From the NCBI GenBank assembly GCA_965649765.1, contig OZ287753.1:46996001-47060000 (forward strand): 64,000 bases of DNA, given 5' to 3'. Under the pieces are notes generated by a model. The model worked only from the letters and a program-made list of their open reading frames with translations, made no database searches and was not told the origin of the DNA. Below are positions 1-12,851 of the stretch, in pieces (position 1 is the stretch's first letter; each line of letters starts with the position of its first letter). This DNA comes from Bispira polyomma. Taxonomy: Eukaryota. A program made the translations under genes and the position numbers.

Positions 1-987
1 TGATGTACTCTGGCTTATTTGATTAGATTTACCGCCGATACATAAGTGCACAGACAGAAAAAAGGGAAACTTGTACTTTTCTATTTAGTAAGTGTTTAAT
101 ACTAAACAAAAGCGTGGGCAGTTTGGTAAACAATGGAAGTTTATTAACCCTGTAAACTTGAATAAATAACCCACAACTTGGCATCTTTTTTTTAAGACGG
201 TCATTTAGAAATGATACTTCTGTCTGAAAAATGAAGGTTATGTTGCACACCTATAATTTACTGATATCAATATAGAAAGTTGCATGATTAAATGGACACA
301 CACGTCCATTGGTTCAAAGTTGATTAATTTCTGTATTACACACGCGGTCACAAGATCTATAAGCGGATCAAATTATATTACCAGTGTCACCATCCTTGTT
401 GGATCTCTAAAAACTAGTAAATCACAATTGTTAAGATGTCAAATTGGTAATTCCAGTTTTTCATTTTCACACAACCTATATTAGCTATTACACTGCCCTA
501 TTGCACAATCACCAATGTTAAGAAATCCAATTTGTTATTCTATTGTTTTATGTTAACACAACCTTAAATACTACACTGGCCTATTGTAAAACTCCCCTTA
601 TGTTCTAGTCAAACACCATGTCCTACCCACTGTCGGCTGGTGGGTAACACACTGGTTTAGGAACATCTACATATAAAATAGTGGGCCAGATGAGAAGTTT
701 ACATGGTGGCCCCTTGTCCCCAATGGCAGGTTAAAGAACCTTAAAAGATGTTGATATACAGTCATCTTAAGCCTCCCTCTTTAGCTAGGGGCATGGTAGT
801 TAATGGTGCTGGTTGTGGATGGTTGTACTTAAACAGTACTTAGACAGTACTTAGACAGTCAAGAAAAGGTGAATTAGTGATTTAAATACGAGGTAGATAC
901 CAAATCTAAATAAATGTGCTTACTATAAATTTGAATGTAATACACACAGTACCAAACAACCTTCAACTAATTATGTCCTGTCTCTAG

Positions 988-1080
988 TTTCAGAAAATGA
1001 AATACTCAAACCCAAGTGGGTCCAGTTAGAAAACCTGGCAGAAAGCCAATTGGAAGATGGCTTCTACCAAGCTTACAAAG
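988..1080 (+). CDS. Zincin-like gene, internal exon (5' part of the gene probably upstream of the window)
   Basis: tctctag acceptor (alternative in-phase cag at 993). Reads SENEILKPKWVQLENLAESQLEDGFYQAYK, then AAG|GTAAGA donor. Phase 1 matches the next exon. Confidence 0.65.
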
Positions 1081-1339
1081 GTAAGATGTTTTGCAGGTAG
1101 AGTAAACGAAGACCTGAATTCTACAAACCAACCCAAACTAAGAAGACTCAACTCCAATTTACGTTATGTGGAAATATCTGTCCAAGGAAATAACCTAGAC
1201 TTGTAGAAGACTTACTGATGGCCAGGGGTTTGCAAAGATTTTTTTTACAAACAACCCTGTTCTGGTTTCCTCTAGCGGTAAACTGCCTGTCCTGATATAT
1301 TTGTATATAAGATTTTACTATACACCTATTGTGGTGTAC

Positions 1340-1668
1340 AACATTGTACAAACCTCATACCTGGTATTGTAGGTGACATTGTACTATACACAAACCTCAT
1401 ACCTGGTATTGTAGGTAACATTGTACTATACACAAACCTCATACCTGGTGTTGTAGGTAACATTGTACTATACACAAACCTCATACCTGGTATTGTAGGT
1501 AACATTGTACTATACACAAACCTCATATCTGGTATTGTAGGTAACATTGTACTATACACAAACCTCATACCTGGTATTGTAGGTAACATTGTACTATACA
1601 CAAACCTCATACCTGGTATTGTAAGTAACATTGTACTATACACAAACCTCATTACTGGTATTGTAGGT
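1340..1668 (+). repeat. 42-bp tandem array (about 8 units) ending at the exon acceptor
   Basis: Unit acattgtactatacacaaacctcatacctggtattgtaggta. Confidence 0.97.
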
Positions 1669-1804
1669 GAAGAGTCCAGAATTCACAGACCAGGCACTTC
1701 CAGTGAAACCAGCAGTTGTTCACGGATAAAACGTGTGCCTGATGATATATTGGGCAGTGATGTCTACAGGAAGTACACTGAGGCCTACGGAATACCAATA
1801 CTGG
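1667..1804 (+). CDS. Zincin-like gene exon (GEESR...VYRKYTEAYGIPILG)
   Basis: ttgtag acceptor, G|GTGAGT donor, phase 1/1. YxKYTEAYGIP is a motif I recall from this uncharacterised metallopeptidase-like family. Confidence 0.85.
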
Positions 1805-1832
1805 GTGAGTAGTCAGTACATACACATATGTA

Positions 1833-1925
1833 CCACTGTGGCCTAGTGGCTAACACACTTGCCTAGGTATGCAGGGGACCAGGGTCCGATCTTAGCCTTG
1901 GGTTCCAAGTTACAAGCAGGTGCAT
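1833..1925 (+). mobile_element. tRNA-derived SINE head
   Basis: A-box-like TGGCCTAGTGG and B-box-like GGTCCGATC, without an intact cloverleaf. Confidence 0.5.
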
Positions 1926-2259
1926 TGGGACTAGTGTCTTGGAACAAAAGGTGGTAATTTTTCATTGGACAGTATCCTCGCCCGCAGGATGTAAAACTTT
2001 TAATGGTGTTTATAAATGGTTATCATTAATCTTTGTCTCAAATCAGCAATTTACTTGTGCATTTTAAGAGACATAACATAAATCCCAGAATGTGAGGAGA
2101 TAAGTAAAAAGATACAAGTTCATCTGGTTCCTAAATGTCCCGGAAACTTTCTGTAACGTTTAAATTTGTTAACTACTTGATCATATAACCGAACATAACC
2201 CTGCGGTATAATACTAACTAATGTTACCAGCATTACATAGAAGTCTTCTCTGTTTCCAG

Positions 2260-2687
2260 GTTCTCAGTATGTATCAGATGCTGCACTGAGTAGGGCCTGC
2301 TACGTGGTGCGTTTTTTCTTTGCTGACAGAAGAGATCTGAGGCGTACCTTTTACAAAGCATGGGGACGAGTGGCCATCATAGGCATGGATGAAAAGATTA
2401 CTGCTCTGCCTGAGTACGAGATGCTCCCTAAGAGTTACCAGGGTCTGCGGGGTCTGGGGGGAGTGCCCTCAGTGCCTGTGGTGGCTGTAGGAGAGGAACA
2501 CCTGGAGTGTGACGTCTCAGAGGACCTCTTCATACGGGAACTCACAATCGGGGTGGTGAACATCGCCATGACTCAGCTCTCTCCACGCTACGACTACCTG
2601 GACAGACTCCAGAACCAGTACACAATGGCCATGGCTAGCAGGATGTGGGAAGACACCTCCTCACGGCTCTCCTACCTCACCTATATA
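2260..2687 (+). CDS. Zincin-like gene exon (SQYVSDAALSRACYVVRF...RGLGG...GEEHL...FIRELTIGV...YLTYI)
   Basis: tttccag acceptor, ATA|GTAAGT donor. Contains most of ORF 2304-2753. Motifs SDAALxRACYVVRF, RGLGG and GEExL. Confidence 0.9.
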
Positions 2688-3075
2688 GTAAGTCTGATCT
2701 ACCTACCTCACCTATATAGTAAGTCTGATCTACCTCTCCTACCTCACCTATAAAGTAAGTCTGATCTATCTCTCCTACCTTACCTATATAGTAAGTCTGA
2801 TCTACCTCTCCTACCTCACCTATATAGTAAGTCTGATCTATCTCTCCTACCTTACCTATATAGTAAGTCTGATCTACCTCTCCTACCTTACCTATATAGT
2901 AAGTCTGATCTACCTCTCCTACCTCACCTATAAAGTAAGTCTGATCTACCTCTCCTACCTCACCTATGTAGTAAGTCTGATCTACCTCTCCTACCTCACC
3001 TATATAGTAAGTATGATCTACTTCTCCTACCTCACCTATATAGTAAGTCCGATCTACCTCTACTACCTCACCTAC
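2668..3075 (+). repeat. 36-bp tandem array (11 units) spanning the exon/intron junction
   Basis: Unit ctcctacctcacctatatagtaagtctgatctacct. GTAAGT at 2688, 2719, 2755 and every 36 bp to 3043. Confidence 0.97.
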
Positions 3076-3562
3076 TGTGCATGTCTGCTATGAATTCTGG
3101 GAAAACGTTGCTCCCTAGTCACTTCTATCAGTACAAAATATAAACACCTCTCAGCTGTTCTTAGAATAATTATTTATTAAATATTTAAGTACTGTATGTT
3201 TAAAAAAGACAGACATTTAAAGTCACTGCAATACAACTGTCCTATTGTACACAAAATAAGGGAGCGACCTTTACCCATAAGGCATTGCACATACCCAATG
3301 ACCCTTTGGCCGTAAAACGGTCTATGTATTTTATTCTCGTTATTACACATATAGCACATAATGTGCACAGCATTAAACTTGTTTGTACTTTAATTTTAAA
3401 GGTATTATATAGGATTTTTATGATGATTAGTGTAGGAATATTTGCAGACCTTAATTTATGATGGCTCTCCTGATAATATTGTAAGAAATATAGTTTTTCA
3501 AATAACTAATTATCCCAGATGTCTACATTTCCCTAATCTATTATATTATTTTGGTTGACTAG

Positions 3563-3731
3563 GGTGAGGGTGTACAGAGTTACTTCAATGTGAATGGTTA
3601 TGCGGATCCTCCCGATGGAATGCACAATAACATCAACTTGAGACAAACCCTTCAGGAGTATGATCCAGGACTGACTAACTTAATAGTGGAGCTACTGCCA
3701 TGTGGGAACAGCTACATACACAACTGCAAAG
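3563..3731 (+). CDS. Zincin-like gene exon (GEGVQSYFNVN...HNNIN.R..LQEYDP.L...CGNSYIHNCK)
   Basis: ctag acceptor in phase 0, G|GTGAGC donor in phase 1. Family C-terminal motifs present. Confidence 0.88.
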
Positions 3732-4550
3732 GTGAGCTGACATACTTAGCCTCAACAAATCAGATGATGTCAAAGAATATTTTCAGCCACTCAAATTGGT
3801 TGAGACAAAAACTTAAGAATAATAATCTTTGTGAATAAGTAAAACATTTATAATGTACTCCATGTGCGTAATGTCTTTACCACCGTGACTATAAATATAA
3901 AAGTAACAATGAATATATCCGTGGCAAGAGGACCTCGGTAATCTCTGTCTGTGACCTAGTGGGTAACAAATCAACTCAGAAACACAGAGGAACTGGGTTT
4001 GATCCCAGACTGGTTCACCCAATACCTGGACACATGCACATACATAGTGGCTCCGATGATCACAGGAAAGAGTATTCATAAGGGGACCTTGATAGATGGT
4101 TGACGCCAGGTATGTGTTTTCAGTAAGGGGAATAATACTAGTTCTGAATGTACTTGTTCAGGAACATGCTGAGTACAGCTCTGTGTCTCAGAATGGAGGG
4201 ACATACAGAGCTGAGGGTTAAAACAAACATTAGTATACAACACAAAAACCAGAAACTGTATTGTTATATGATAGCAATAGAAATCCTACGGTTTTGTGAA
4301 ACTGCCAGTTCAGGGTTGTTGACCTTAAAGTTATGAATGCAGTAATTTTTATAAGCACTGGTAAAACAAATACTATGTAAATATATGAGGGCAAATATGA
4401 TTTTGGAAAATGGAATGCATTTAGTAATATTGTGTGGTAATTTGGTCATTAAATGTTCATGTTACTCAGTTGTAGTAGATTTTATGGGTTGCTCCTGTTA
4501 TACTGTGTCGTGAGTGGCACAGTAAATCATGTACAGATGTATCATGTCTA

Positions 4551-4575
4551 ACACACACACACACACACACACACA
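4551..4575. repeat. (AC)n microsatellite
   Basis: Directly visible. Confidence 0.9.
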
Positions 4576-5795
4576 CTTCACCCACTTACCAACAATGAGT
4601 AAATACTGGAAATAAATGCGATCCATTTTAAATTATCTAAATTGCTTTTGCCACATTCCACAGTTATGTTTTATACTACAGTTGTGTTGATGTAATAGTT
4701 GTCCAAATAACATGTTGTAGGATTGGGTCCCAATTTATTAAAATTGAGTATTTTTATCTATGAATTGATCAGAATATGTTATGATAAGTAGCACTGTTGG
4801 CGTAGACTAGTAAACTGCAAACTCTCCAATTAATGGCCGTGGGTGTACAACATCTGTAACCCAGATTCAAGATTGTGTAGTGGGTTGATTCAAGTGTGTC
4901 CATCTGTCCATCATAGTATACCTGGCGACCAGATGTACTGGTTAACTGATAAGGTATTGATAACAATCCCAACTGTAGAACTGGTCATTTCTTTGCTAAA
5001 GGACCCCGTATCAGTATGATCTAGATAGCCTGTCTATTATTACACCAAAATAAGTTCAATATGTAGCTCTGATGAACCTATATGTACTTACAATAGAGTA
5101 CCAATAATCCGTAACTCTCGTTTAAGTTAAAAATATATTGGCCCATCTGAGATAAAGTCACTACTTACTATATCTGTCATACATAAGAATTGATGAATAC
5201 AACCAGCAATTACATACCACGTGTTATCAAATGTGTCATTGAGTGGATAAGCTCTTGATTACTTAAACTATGAAAGGGCCATCTAGGAGGCTTTGGAACA
5301 ACAGCTAAATTTAGGGGGTTGGGGGTGGGGGAGGTGGGGGGGGGGGTATTGACCGTGGGTATTAAACATGAGTATGTCCTTCTGTTTAATGGTGTTGTGC
5401 CTTACAATCTTCCAGCACAAAACTTTAACACCTTGAGTCAAATTAGATAAGATTCTAGAGCAACCATTTGAATACTGTTTTCTTATTGCTGACAAGGTTA
5501 AACACATTACAACCTCTATTATCGGACCTTATATTATAGATTATAGAAGTATTCAATTTTTTTGAACCCACTTTCACTCTCCAAAAGTTATGTTTTGCTA
5601 TTGTTTATAGTAAAAGGCATCTATAATCTGAGTAAAATCTTGCTCTTCGAACATGTTCAGATAATAGATGCTCCACTGTACACGTGATAAGAGTTCCCTG
5701 TGTAGATCTATTACCTGTGTCAGCTGCATACCAGCTGTATACTTCACATTGTGTTCAGTCTCATATCTCCAGCCTTTGTCGTTATTTCCCATCAG

Positions 5796-5851
5796 GTACA
5801 GAAGATCTCCAGGTGCTGTCCATGAACTGCCCAGTTCAAGTGTGGCCATAA
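5796..5851 (+). CDS. Probable terminal exon of the zincin-like gene (GTEDLQVLSMNCPVQVWP*)
   Basis: tttcccatcag acceptor, phase 1 compatible, TAA at 5849-5851. AATAAA at 6536 and 6549. Confidence 0.65.
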
Positions 5852-6552
5852 ACTAGCCAGTAACTGAGAGGCTCCCAGATGTGTCAAGTGTCCAGTCCAT
5901 ATGACCAGCAAGTCCCTGGATACTCCCCCCTCCCTCACATACAGAGGCTGGGGCACTTTTAGGCTAAGCCACTCTATATACTGTTACATCAGGGTGTCAG
6001 AAGCCACGGAACTGATATATAATAGTCTTGTTATGCCACTTGTTAATAAGAATCTTGTTATTAAGATTTCTTAACGGATGTCCTAATAGTTATTAGTAAG
6101 CTTTTTTCCTCGATGAGAATTATGAGAGTAAAAAACTAAATGTCAAAGACAGTACTCATAATACTCATCAGGCAAGTAATATTTAATAGAATACTGTTGA
6201 AAATAATACAAAACAAAATATGTAAATTCAGTTTTTCCATAAACTGTTTTTTGTAAGAGTTCAAATACTAAGACTTCTCAAGCATTGATATGGATTCCTA
6301 TATTTAACATAAAATGTTCTAACATGTAGCACAGTGGGTTCATGAGTGTAAGTGATCGCTCATATTACCTCAACATGGCTTTATGTCATAGATTCACTGT
6401 CTGTTTTTCTCCTATAAAGTTTGTTATTTATTGTTGTATATTTATGATATTTAAACATACATGTACTTAGTTAATGTTTGACTAATGGATTCTGTAGAGG
6501 GCTATGTATATATGTAGCTATTGTTATAGTGTGTAAATAAAGGCATACAATA

Positions 6553-6780
6553 AACTGGTGTACTCACTGATCTGTAGACAAGTATCAATAGATCGATTAC
6601 CTATACTAGATAGTGTCCTACATGAACTGGTGTACTCACTAAGCTGTGTACTCACTGAACTGTAGACAGGGGTCAATAGACCAACTACCTATACTAGATA
6701 GTGTCCTAGATGAACTGGTGTACTCACTGAACTGTAGACAGGGGTCAATAGAAGAACTAGCTATACTAGATAATGCCCTA
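6553..6780 (+). repeat. About 72-88 bp tandem repeat, 3 units
   Basis: aactggtgtactcact...tatactagata recurs at about 6553, 6625 and 6713. Confidence 0.85.
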
Positions 6781-8606
6781 CATCACACCTCACTTAAGTA
6801 ACATGATAATTTGAAATAAAAAACATACATATGATATAAGCCTTGCCATGAAAACATTAAGAAGAGGGGGATATCCATAAAATATGTTTGCTAAAACACT
6901 TCAGTTAAGTGTCTGAAAACATTACTGGATAGTCATCTCATTATTTAGGTCAAGATAGTCAATGCTTCCCAGTTCACCAACCTTTTCATAGTTATACCTT
7001 AACCTACAAGTAAGTCGACCTAATAGATTTGTGCTTTTTAAATTCATCAAATTACTTTTTGAATACCACTGTTAAAATAGGGTATAATTATCTCAAAAAT
7101 TTAGAAGTGGTAATATATTAGCTATAGCTCTAACCTGTCCTCCTTTGTGGCCATACATGTGTTGGCCACTGAATAAGTTAAACTCTTCTCAGACATTCTG
7201 TATAAATTAAACATATTAATTTCCATTTGAACTTGTATTGATATTTAAGTAAAATTTAAACAACAACCAAAATTAGGAAAAGTTCTCCAAAACTGTAGAT
7301 TAGTGAGATTTTCTTCTATCTCGAATTTCCACTTGTAGATTGTATTGAATTCTAGGAGGGCCTTGAGTATTGGTGGGCCTTAACTGATGTAGCACCAATT
7401 ATATTCAAAACTCGATTTAAAATCCAAGCTGAATTACAAACAGAAGTGTTGTGTTCATACCTTAGACCAACCCACTAACGTATAGACGTAGGGAGGTTGT
7501 CACTGCTCTTGGAATACAATGTACCAGATCACACAACGCAGTTTGGTTAGAAGTTAAAAACGGTGAGCATTTATACTAACCATAATGCACCAGACGTTAT
7601 CATCAGTAATCCCAACCCCATTCATAGGTCATTTATAGGTAGTATAGTCCATTTCTATAGAAATGCTTGCTTTATATACAAAATAGTCTGACACTTTATT
7701 TCTACATCCACGATCCCCGAACACAAGCCAGAAATATGGCATACGAGCATTATGTCCTCAATTAGAACTCCATCTACTTGTGGGATTTCAAAAATGCACA
7801 CATATCAATTTGTTGATTAAATTGATTTGTCTATTACTGTCATGATTATCAGTTAAAAGTCATCTACAGATTCTGTACCTTTATGCCTTATTGTAACTAT
7901 AATGATCTATTCTATTTGTCTCTTAGGACAGACAGGAAACCTATCAATTTAACTTAAAACGCTATCATTAATATAGATACAATTAATGTAATAATTCTAC
8001 TGAACTACATTCGATTATCCGGGTAAATGATTACAATGTAGGACTGACTTATCACAACAATAACCGGAATATGACGAGAACTCGCACCCATTTCTGCCAG
8101 GTTCTGGTTTTAGAATTCTGTCCGAAATACATGGGTGCATTGATTGAATCAGAGGCTTGTGGATATGTGAGTGATTCTAGCGATTTATAATAATACTTCC
8201 ATATTCAATGCTGTTTTGAATCTATGTTAAAGGTCGATCAATTGATTGGTATTAAACCTAGGGATTTTGTCTATGTGCCGTTTTACAAACAACTTGTAAC
8301 AGTTTTTCTAGTTTTCTATTATAAGGTTAACAACTGTTAACATTCTAATTAAATCAGGGCCACTTAGATTAACATGTATGTATGTACAACACATGATCAA
8401 TAATTAAATATTAGTATCACTTAAGCATCAGCACAATAAGTTGTTTAAAATTGATTAATACCGAGTTGTTAAAATATTATTTTTATTTCACTTTAAGGAT
8501 ACCTTAGCCTAAAGGTGTATTATATACACGACCAATATATATATAGACATATGACATATATCTGTCAGTCAGTGCCCCATTCGACCCACCAGACCTGTGT
8601 GCTGTG

Positions 8607-8663
8607 ATTGGCTGTATCTGTGTGACCACACTCAAGTCTGTTCCACCCTGCTCTGTGTATAAA
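8607..8663 (+). promoter_or_regulatory. Putative Pol II core promoter of the peroxidase gene (inverted CCAAT plus TATAAA)
   Basis: ATTGG at 8607 and TATAAA at 8658-8663, upstream of a Kozak-like caccATG at 9366. Confidence 0.5.
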
Positions 8664-8709
8664 GAGATAGCCCTGTGTATGGTCCAGACAGAACCAACAG
8701 CTCAGGTTA

Positions 8710-9124
8710 GTGTACGTTTCCATGTGCACGGCTTGCGGCAAGCGGCTTGCGGGTGCGGCTTGCGTTAATATTCTGTGGGCATATAATATACCAAATATAT
8801 AATTTTTATTCCGAAATTCATAACTTTCTTATTTATGGTCCGATTTTGAAAATTCTTTTATAATTTTAATCAGTAGAATAAGACGAGCAATTTGATACCA
8901 AATAACTTTATAAACATTAAATAAAAGTAAGTATTTTTGTGTACTTCCGGCTTGCGGCAGCTTGCGGGTGCGTTAAAATTCGATCCTAGAGCGAACTTTG
9001 CCGCAGCCGCAACCGCAAGCCGCGTACATGGAAACGGTTCTTCTATTTTACTTGCGATCGATTTGATTAACGCAAGCCGCACCCACAAGCTGCTGCCACA
9101 TCCCGTGCACATGGAGATGTACAC
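8710..9124. mobile_element. TA-flanked MITE with about 60-bp TIRs
   Basis: gtgtacgtttccatgtgcacgg...gcggcttgcgttaat versus attaacgcaagccgc...ccgtgcacatggagatgtacac. TA at 8708-09 and 9125-26. Confidence 0.85.
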
Positions 9125-9126
9125 TA

Positions 9127-9323
9127 ACAGCAACAACAGACATATATACTGAGAGGTTCTGAAGATACACAGCTAACAGAACCACCGTAGACATATATAC
9201 TGAGAGGTTCTGAAGACACACAGCTGACACAACCACCGTAGACATACATTCAGAAAGGGGCTGAATACACACAGCCAACAGAGCCATCGTAGACATACAT
9301 CCATAAAGGGGCTGAATACACAG
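9127..9323 (+). repeat. 51-bp tandem repeat x4 in the putative 5' UTR
   Basis: gacatata/gacataca at 9139, 9190, 9241 and 9292. Confidence 0.9.
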
Positions 9324-9365
9324 TCAGGTCTTTTACACAGTAACACACTGAGAAAGCTGGTCACC

Positions 9366-9419
9366 ATGACGCATCTACTACTACTGTTACCACCTCTACT
9401 CACTCTGCTGGTCTTACAG
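9366..9419 (+). CDS. Peroxidase exon 1, signal peptide MTHLLLLLPPLLTLLVLQ
   Basis: caccATG start, hydrophobic stretch, CAG|GTAAGT donor in phase 0. Confidence 0.8.
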
Positions 9420-12050
9420 GTAAGTCGTCAGTTACAAAACCTGTTGTAGTTGTACTAATAGAATTTTTGTTATCAACATTAATTTCGTGAACAGCAATTC
9501 ATAAAGCACGGTTAATACATATTAGTATATTACAAGATCTTGCATAACTTTACTTCCATCTGTTGTACAAGTTTTTATTTCGGGGGGCGAATTTCACTGG
9601 TGGGTGGACAAATTCATTGCCTCACCAGAAGTAGCCAAGGCTTGAGTAGACGTTAATGCAGATTGTAACCTATTACATTTAATTCAATAAAAGTTTTTCA
9701 TAAACTGTTTTATTTCTGGTGGTGAAATTCACTGACTGACCAGTACAAGAAATGGGAGTTGCATGGCGACATTTTTCGGAAACCAAATTTAAGATGGTTC
9801 TATTGACCATTAACTTTCAGGTGGGTCTTTACTACTGCAGCACTAATCTATGGTTTTGTAGTGGGTAAGTGCCACATACCACGTGGTGGATACAGTAGTC
9901 CACATATACCACGTGGTGGATACAGTTGTAAGGGTTCTAAAGGGCAACAGGAAATTACAAATTGTCCTACTGGGTAGAATTCTGTCTAGTAAATATTTGT
10001 TCGAGCCATTTAATAAACTTTCACATTTGGGTATTTATATTCTACATCAACCTCTCCATCTGACTAGCAATATGATTGCCCAAAAAAATGCTTTGAATAT
10101 GAAGGTTTTTATTTGCCCAATGTCTGCTCAACATATAGCGAGACGGTAAATTCAACCTTTACAACTGAATGTACTTGGCAAAATACAAAGGTTACTTCAG
10201 TGGAGTCTGCAGTTTTGCCAAACACTAAATAGGTCTAAAACTGATTATTACTGACAATATTTAACAAGTTAATCTTGGTGCACGTGATCGATAGTTTTCA
10301 GATGATTATGTAATAGAATTCGTTACACCAGTTACTTGTAGAGTGACAAAAAAGTGTATATAGTTATTAAATGAATAGTTTGTTCAAGTGTCAAACTAAA
10401 CAATTTACGAGACCGTCCAACAAGCTTTTCTGGGTGCAATTTAAAAAAAAAATAAATAGAAAATATGCAAGTAAATCCATCGTCTGTGGCAGTGAACTTC
10501 AATGACACTTCTCTAATAATGAGGTATTCTTGCTACCAGTAGATCCACCATAGTTTAGCTTTGCTGAAATCCTCTAGCTGTCTGGCTTAAAATGAAGCCC
10601 AAGGCCTAAAGTAACTCTTAGCTTTGTTGCATTGTGCATGATGTAAAATCTGAAGCTCCCCCCCCCCCCCACTACCCCACCCCCCACAAAAAAAATAATA
10701 AAATAAAATAAGAAATAGGGCCAAGAAAGAGGTCACACCTCCTGTACACAAGTCTATTACTAGTTGTAACAAACTGGTGGCTCTGACCTTTTGTGAATAC
10801 TGCTGCGGCAGTGACTGACAGTCTCACAAACCTAGGTGTGTCTTATATGATATAACAATATGATTAACCTTAAAACTACTTTGATAAGTTGTATGAAGTT
10901 GGTTGAGATTGGTTGAGAAAAGATGTGATGCAGTTTGGGGTATCTTTATTTAAAATTTGATTTTTTTTTACATCTGTACAGAATTTTAATGAAATTTCCA
11001 TTCATTACAATTTTAAAAGGCCAAAACTTTTTAAAAGAAGCAGTAATGATGGCAGCAAAAGTTTCTGGAATAATAGCAGCTGCGTGAGAAGTTTGTTCTA
11101 AATAACTCCAAACTGCATCCGATTTCCAACACCCATGCTTCTGAATGTTTTGTAATTTAATGTTATTGTTGATTATTTAATTTTTTACATCTGTACAGAA
11201 TTTTAATGGAATTTCCATTCATTAACATTTTAAAAGTCCATTACGGCTCACTTTTCCCAACAAAAAGGAAAATAAAATATAATAAAACGTATGCCAATCT
11301 AGCATAAATCACCTATAACAAGGCTACTAAACATTAAGTAATAACTGTTAACGCGTCCCATAAAAGGGGTATAAAGCTTGTAAAAAAAACATTTTTTTTT
11401 GTCCTAGAAACCCATAATAGGGTGACATATCAAAGAACAAGATAATTAAAAGTTACAGATAAAATAATTTTGACATCTTCAGTCAAAAAATAATATACTC
11501 TTGAAATACATGCACAATGTATGATTACTCTGATTAACCAAGAGAGCGCGCTGCAAGAAAATATGAAAAAGAACATATTCAGAAAATCAAGGTGGACAGG
11601 GGTACGTCAAAAACTGACAGCCTCCGCGTCCGGTCATACCCTGCAGGGCTCCGAATTCTCTTGGTAGCCACGCCAAGATCAAGTTTATAAGGAGAAGACC
11701 GACGGTTACACAGGTGCCGACTTAGACGCATCCAAATCCACTATGAAATACTGTGTTGTCTATGTGTAGGGAAGGTGGGAGGAATTTTTTCGCCTTGCCG
11801 TGTGTACCCTTAGGCTTTGGGTTTCAATGTGAAGAATAGGCCCTATGTTGCTAATCAGAGTTTTGAACCCCAACGACCACAATGCTCTTGGTTGGTAGGG
11901 ATTACAGTAAAGGTCTAAATTTTCGCGACTGACTGGCCATGCCCGACGGCAGTGACTATGACACTTTGTACACCACTAAATCCTATTCTTCAAGCATATA
12001 TGTTGAATGTCACCAGTATCCATTTGTTACTATAAGGGCTGTGTTTACAG

Positions 12051-12177
12051 AGTGTGAGTCCTGCCCCTAAAGAGTCTGAAGTCTATGATGTCCTCCATCA
12101 TCTCTCCCAGAAACAATTGGACACATTGGCTGACACCTTACTGAGAGGAGACAGTAAGAGGGAACTTCAACAAAGAG
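12051..12177 (+). CDS. Peroxidase exon 2 (propeptide SVSPAPKESEV...ELQQR)
   Basis: tttacag acceptor in phase 0. The donor is uncertain (12177 phase 1 or 12181 phase 2). Confidence 0.65.
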
Positions 12178-12851
12178 GTCAGTTGGTGCAATGGCAATAC
12201 TGTTAACTGCTCTCAGCACATTACATTTCCATCTTTATTAAACTAATGATGGTGCGATACCTTTTAAATGGACATTAAATTTTAATCTTTGCTAAACTCA
12301 TGTTGGTGTGATACCTATTAAATAGACATTAAATTTTAATCTTTATAAAACTAACGTTGCTGCGATACATATAGTTTAAAACAGATGATTTTTTGTGGAC
12401 CATTTCAACACAAAATGCTTCCAAGTACATGAATTCAACAAACTGATATCACAAAATCAGAACTGTTTCAAGACTCAATGTAATAGTATTAATTTTTTAT
12501 TTCAGTAGTAAGTGTATTTTAGAACTTACACACATATATGATCAAACCAAAAAGAAAGCTAGTTTTCCAAAAAAATGTTATATTATTTCAGTGGAGTAAT
12601 TAACATGGGCAGTGTGGTTGCCTAGTGGTTAGAAATGTTTCCTTTACAATTACTGTTGGCTCACCAACGTGGCTTTGAATCCTGTTCCTTGCTTGTGGAA
12701 TAGTTTGTCAGGTCTTCAGCACTGGTTTATTCCACCATTAAATCTCGCAGGCGTAACATGACTAAAGCAAATTTATATCCTTACATACTCAGTATTTTAA
12801 TAAATCGAAATATTTATAAATAGCATACACTGTGTATCCTATTTTTAACAG

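Noticed and set aside
1326-1652. Minus-strand ORF with 14-aa repeats
   Set aside because: By-product of a stop-free 42-bp unit, antisense to a real gene.
1833-1925. Functional tRNA genes here and at about 12610 and 39050-39130
   Set aside because: Only A/B-box remnants without a cloverleaf, followed by SINE bodies.
2260-3731. Bacterial contamination or recent horizontal transfer of the zincin-like gene
   Set aside because: It has canonical spliceosomal introns with consistent phases.
9821-9864. Extra peroxidase exon (ttcag ... GG|GTAAGT)
   Set aside because: Including these 44 nt shifts exon 2 into an immediate TGA.
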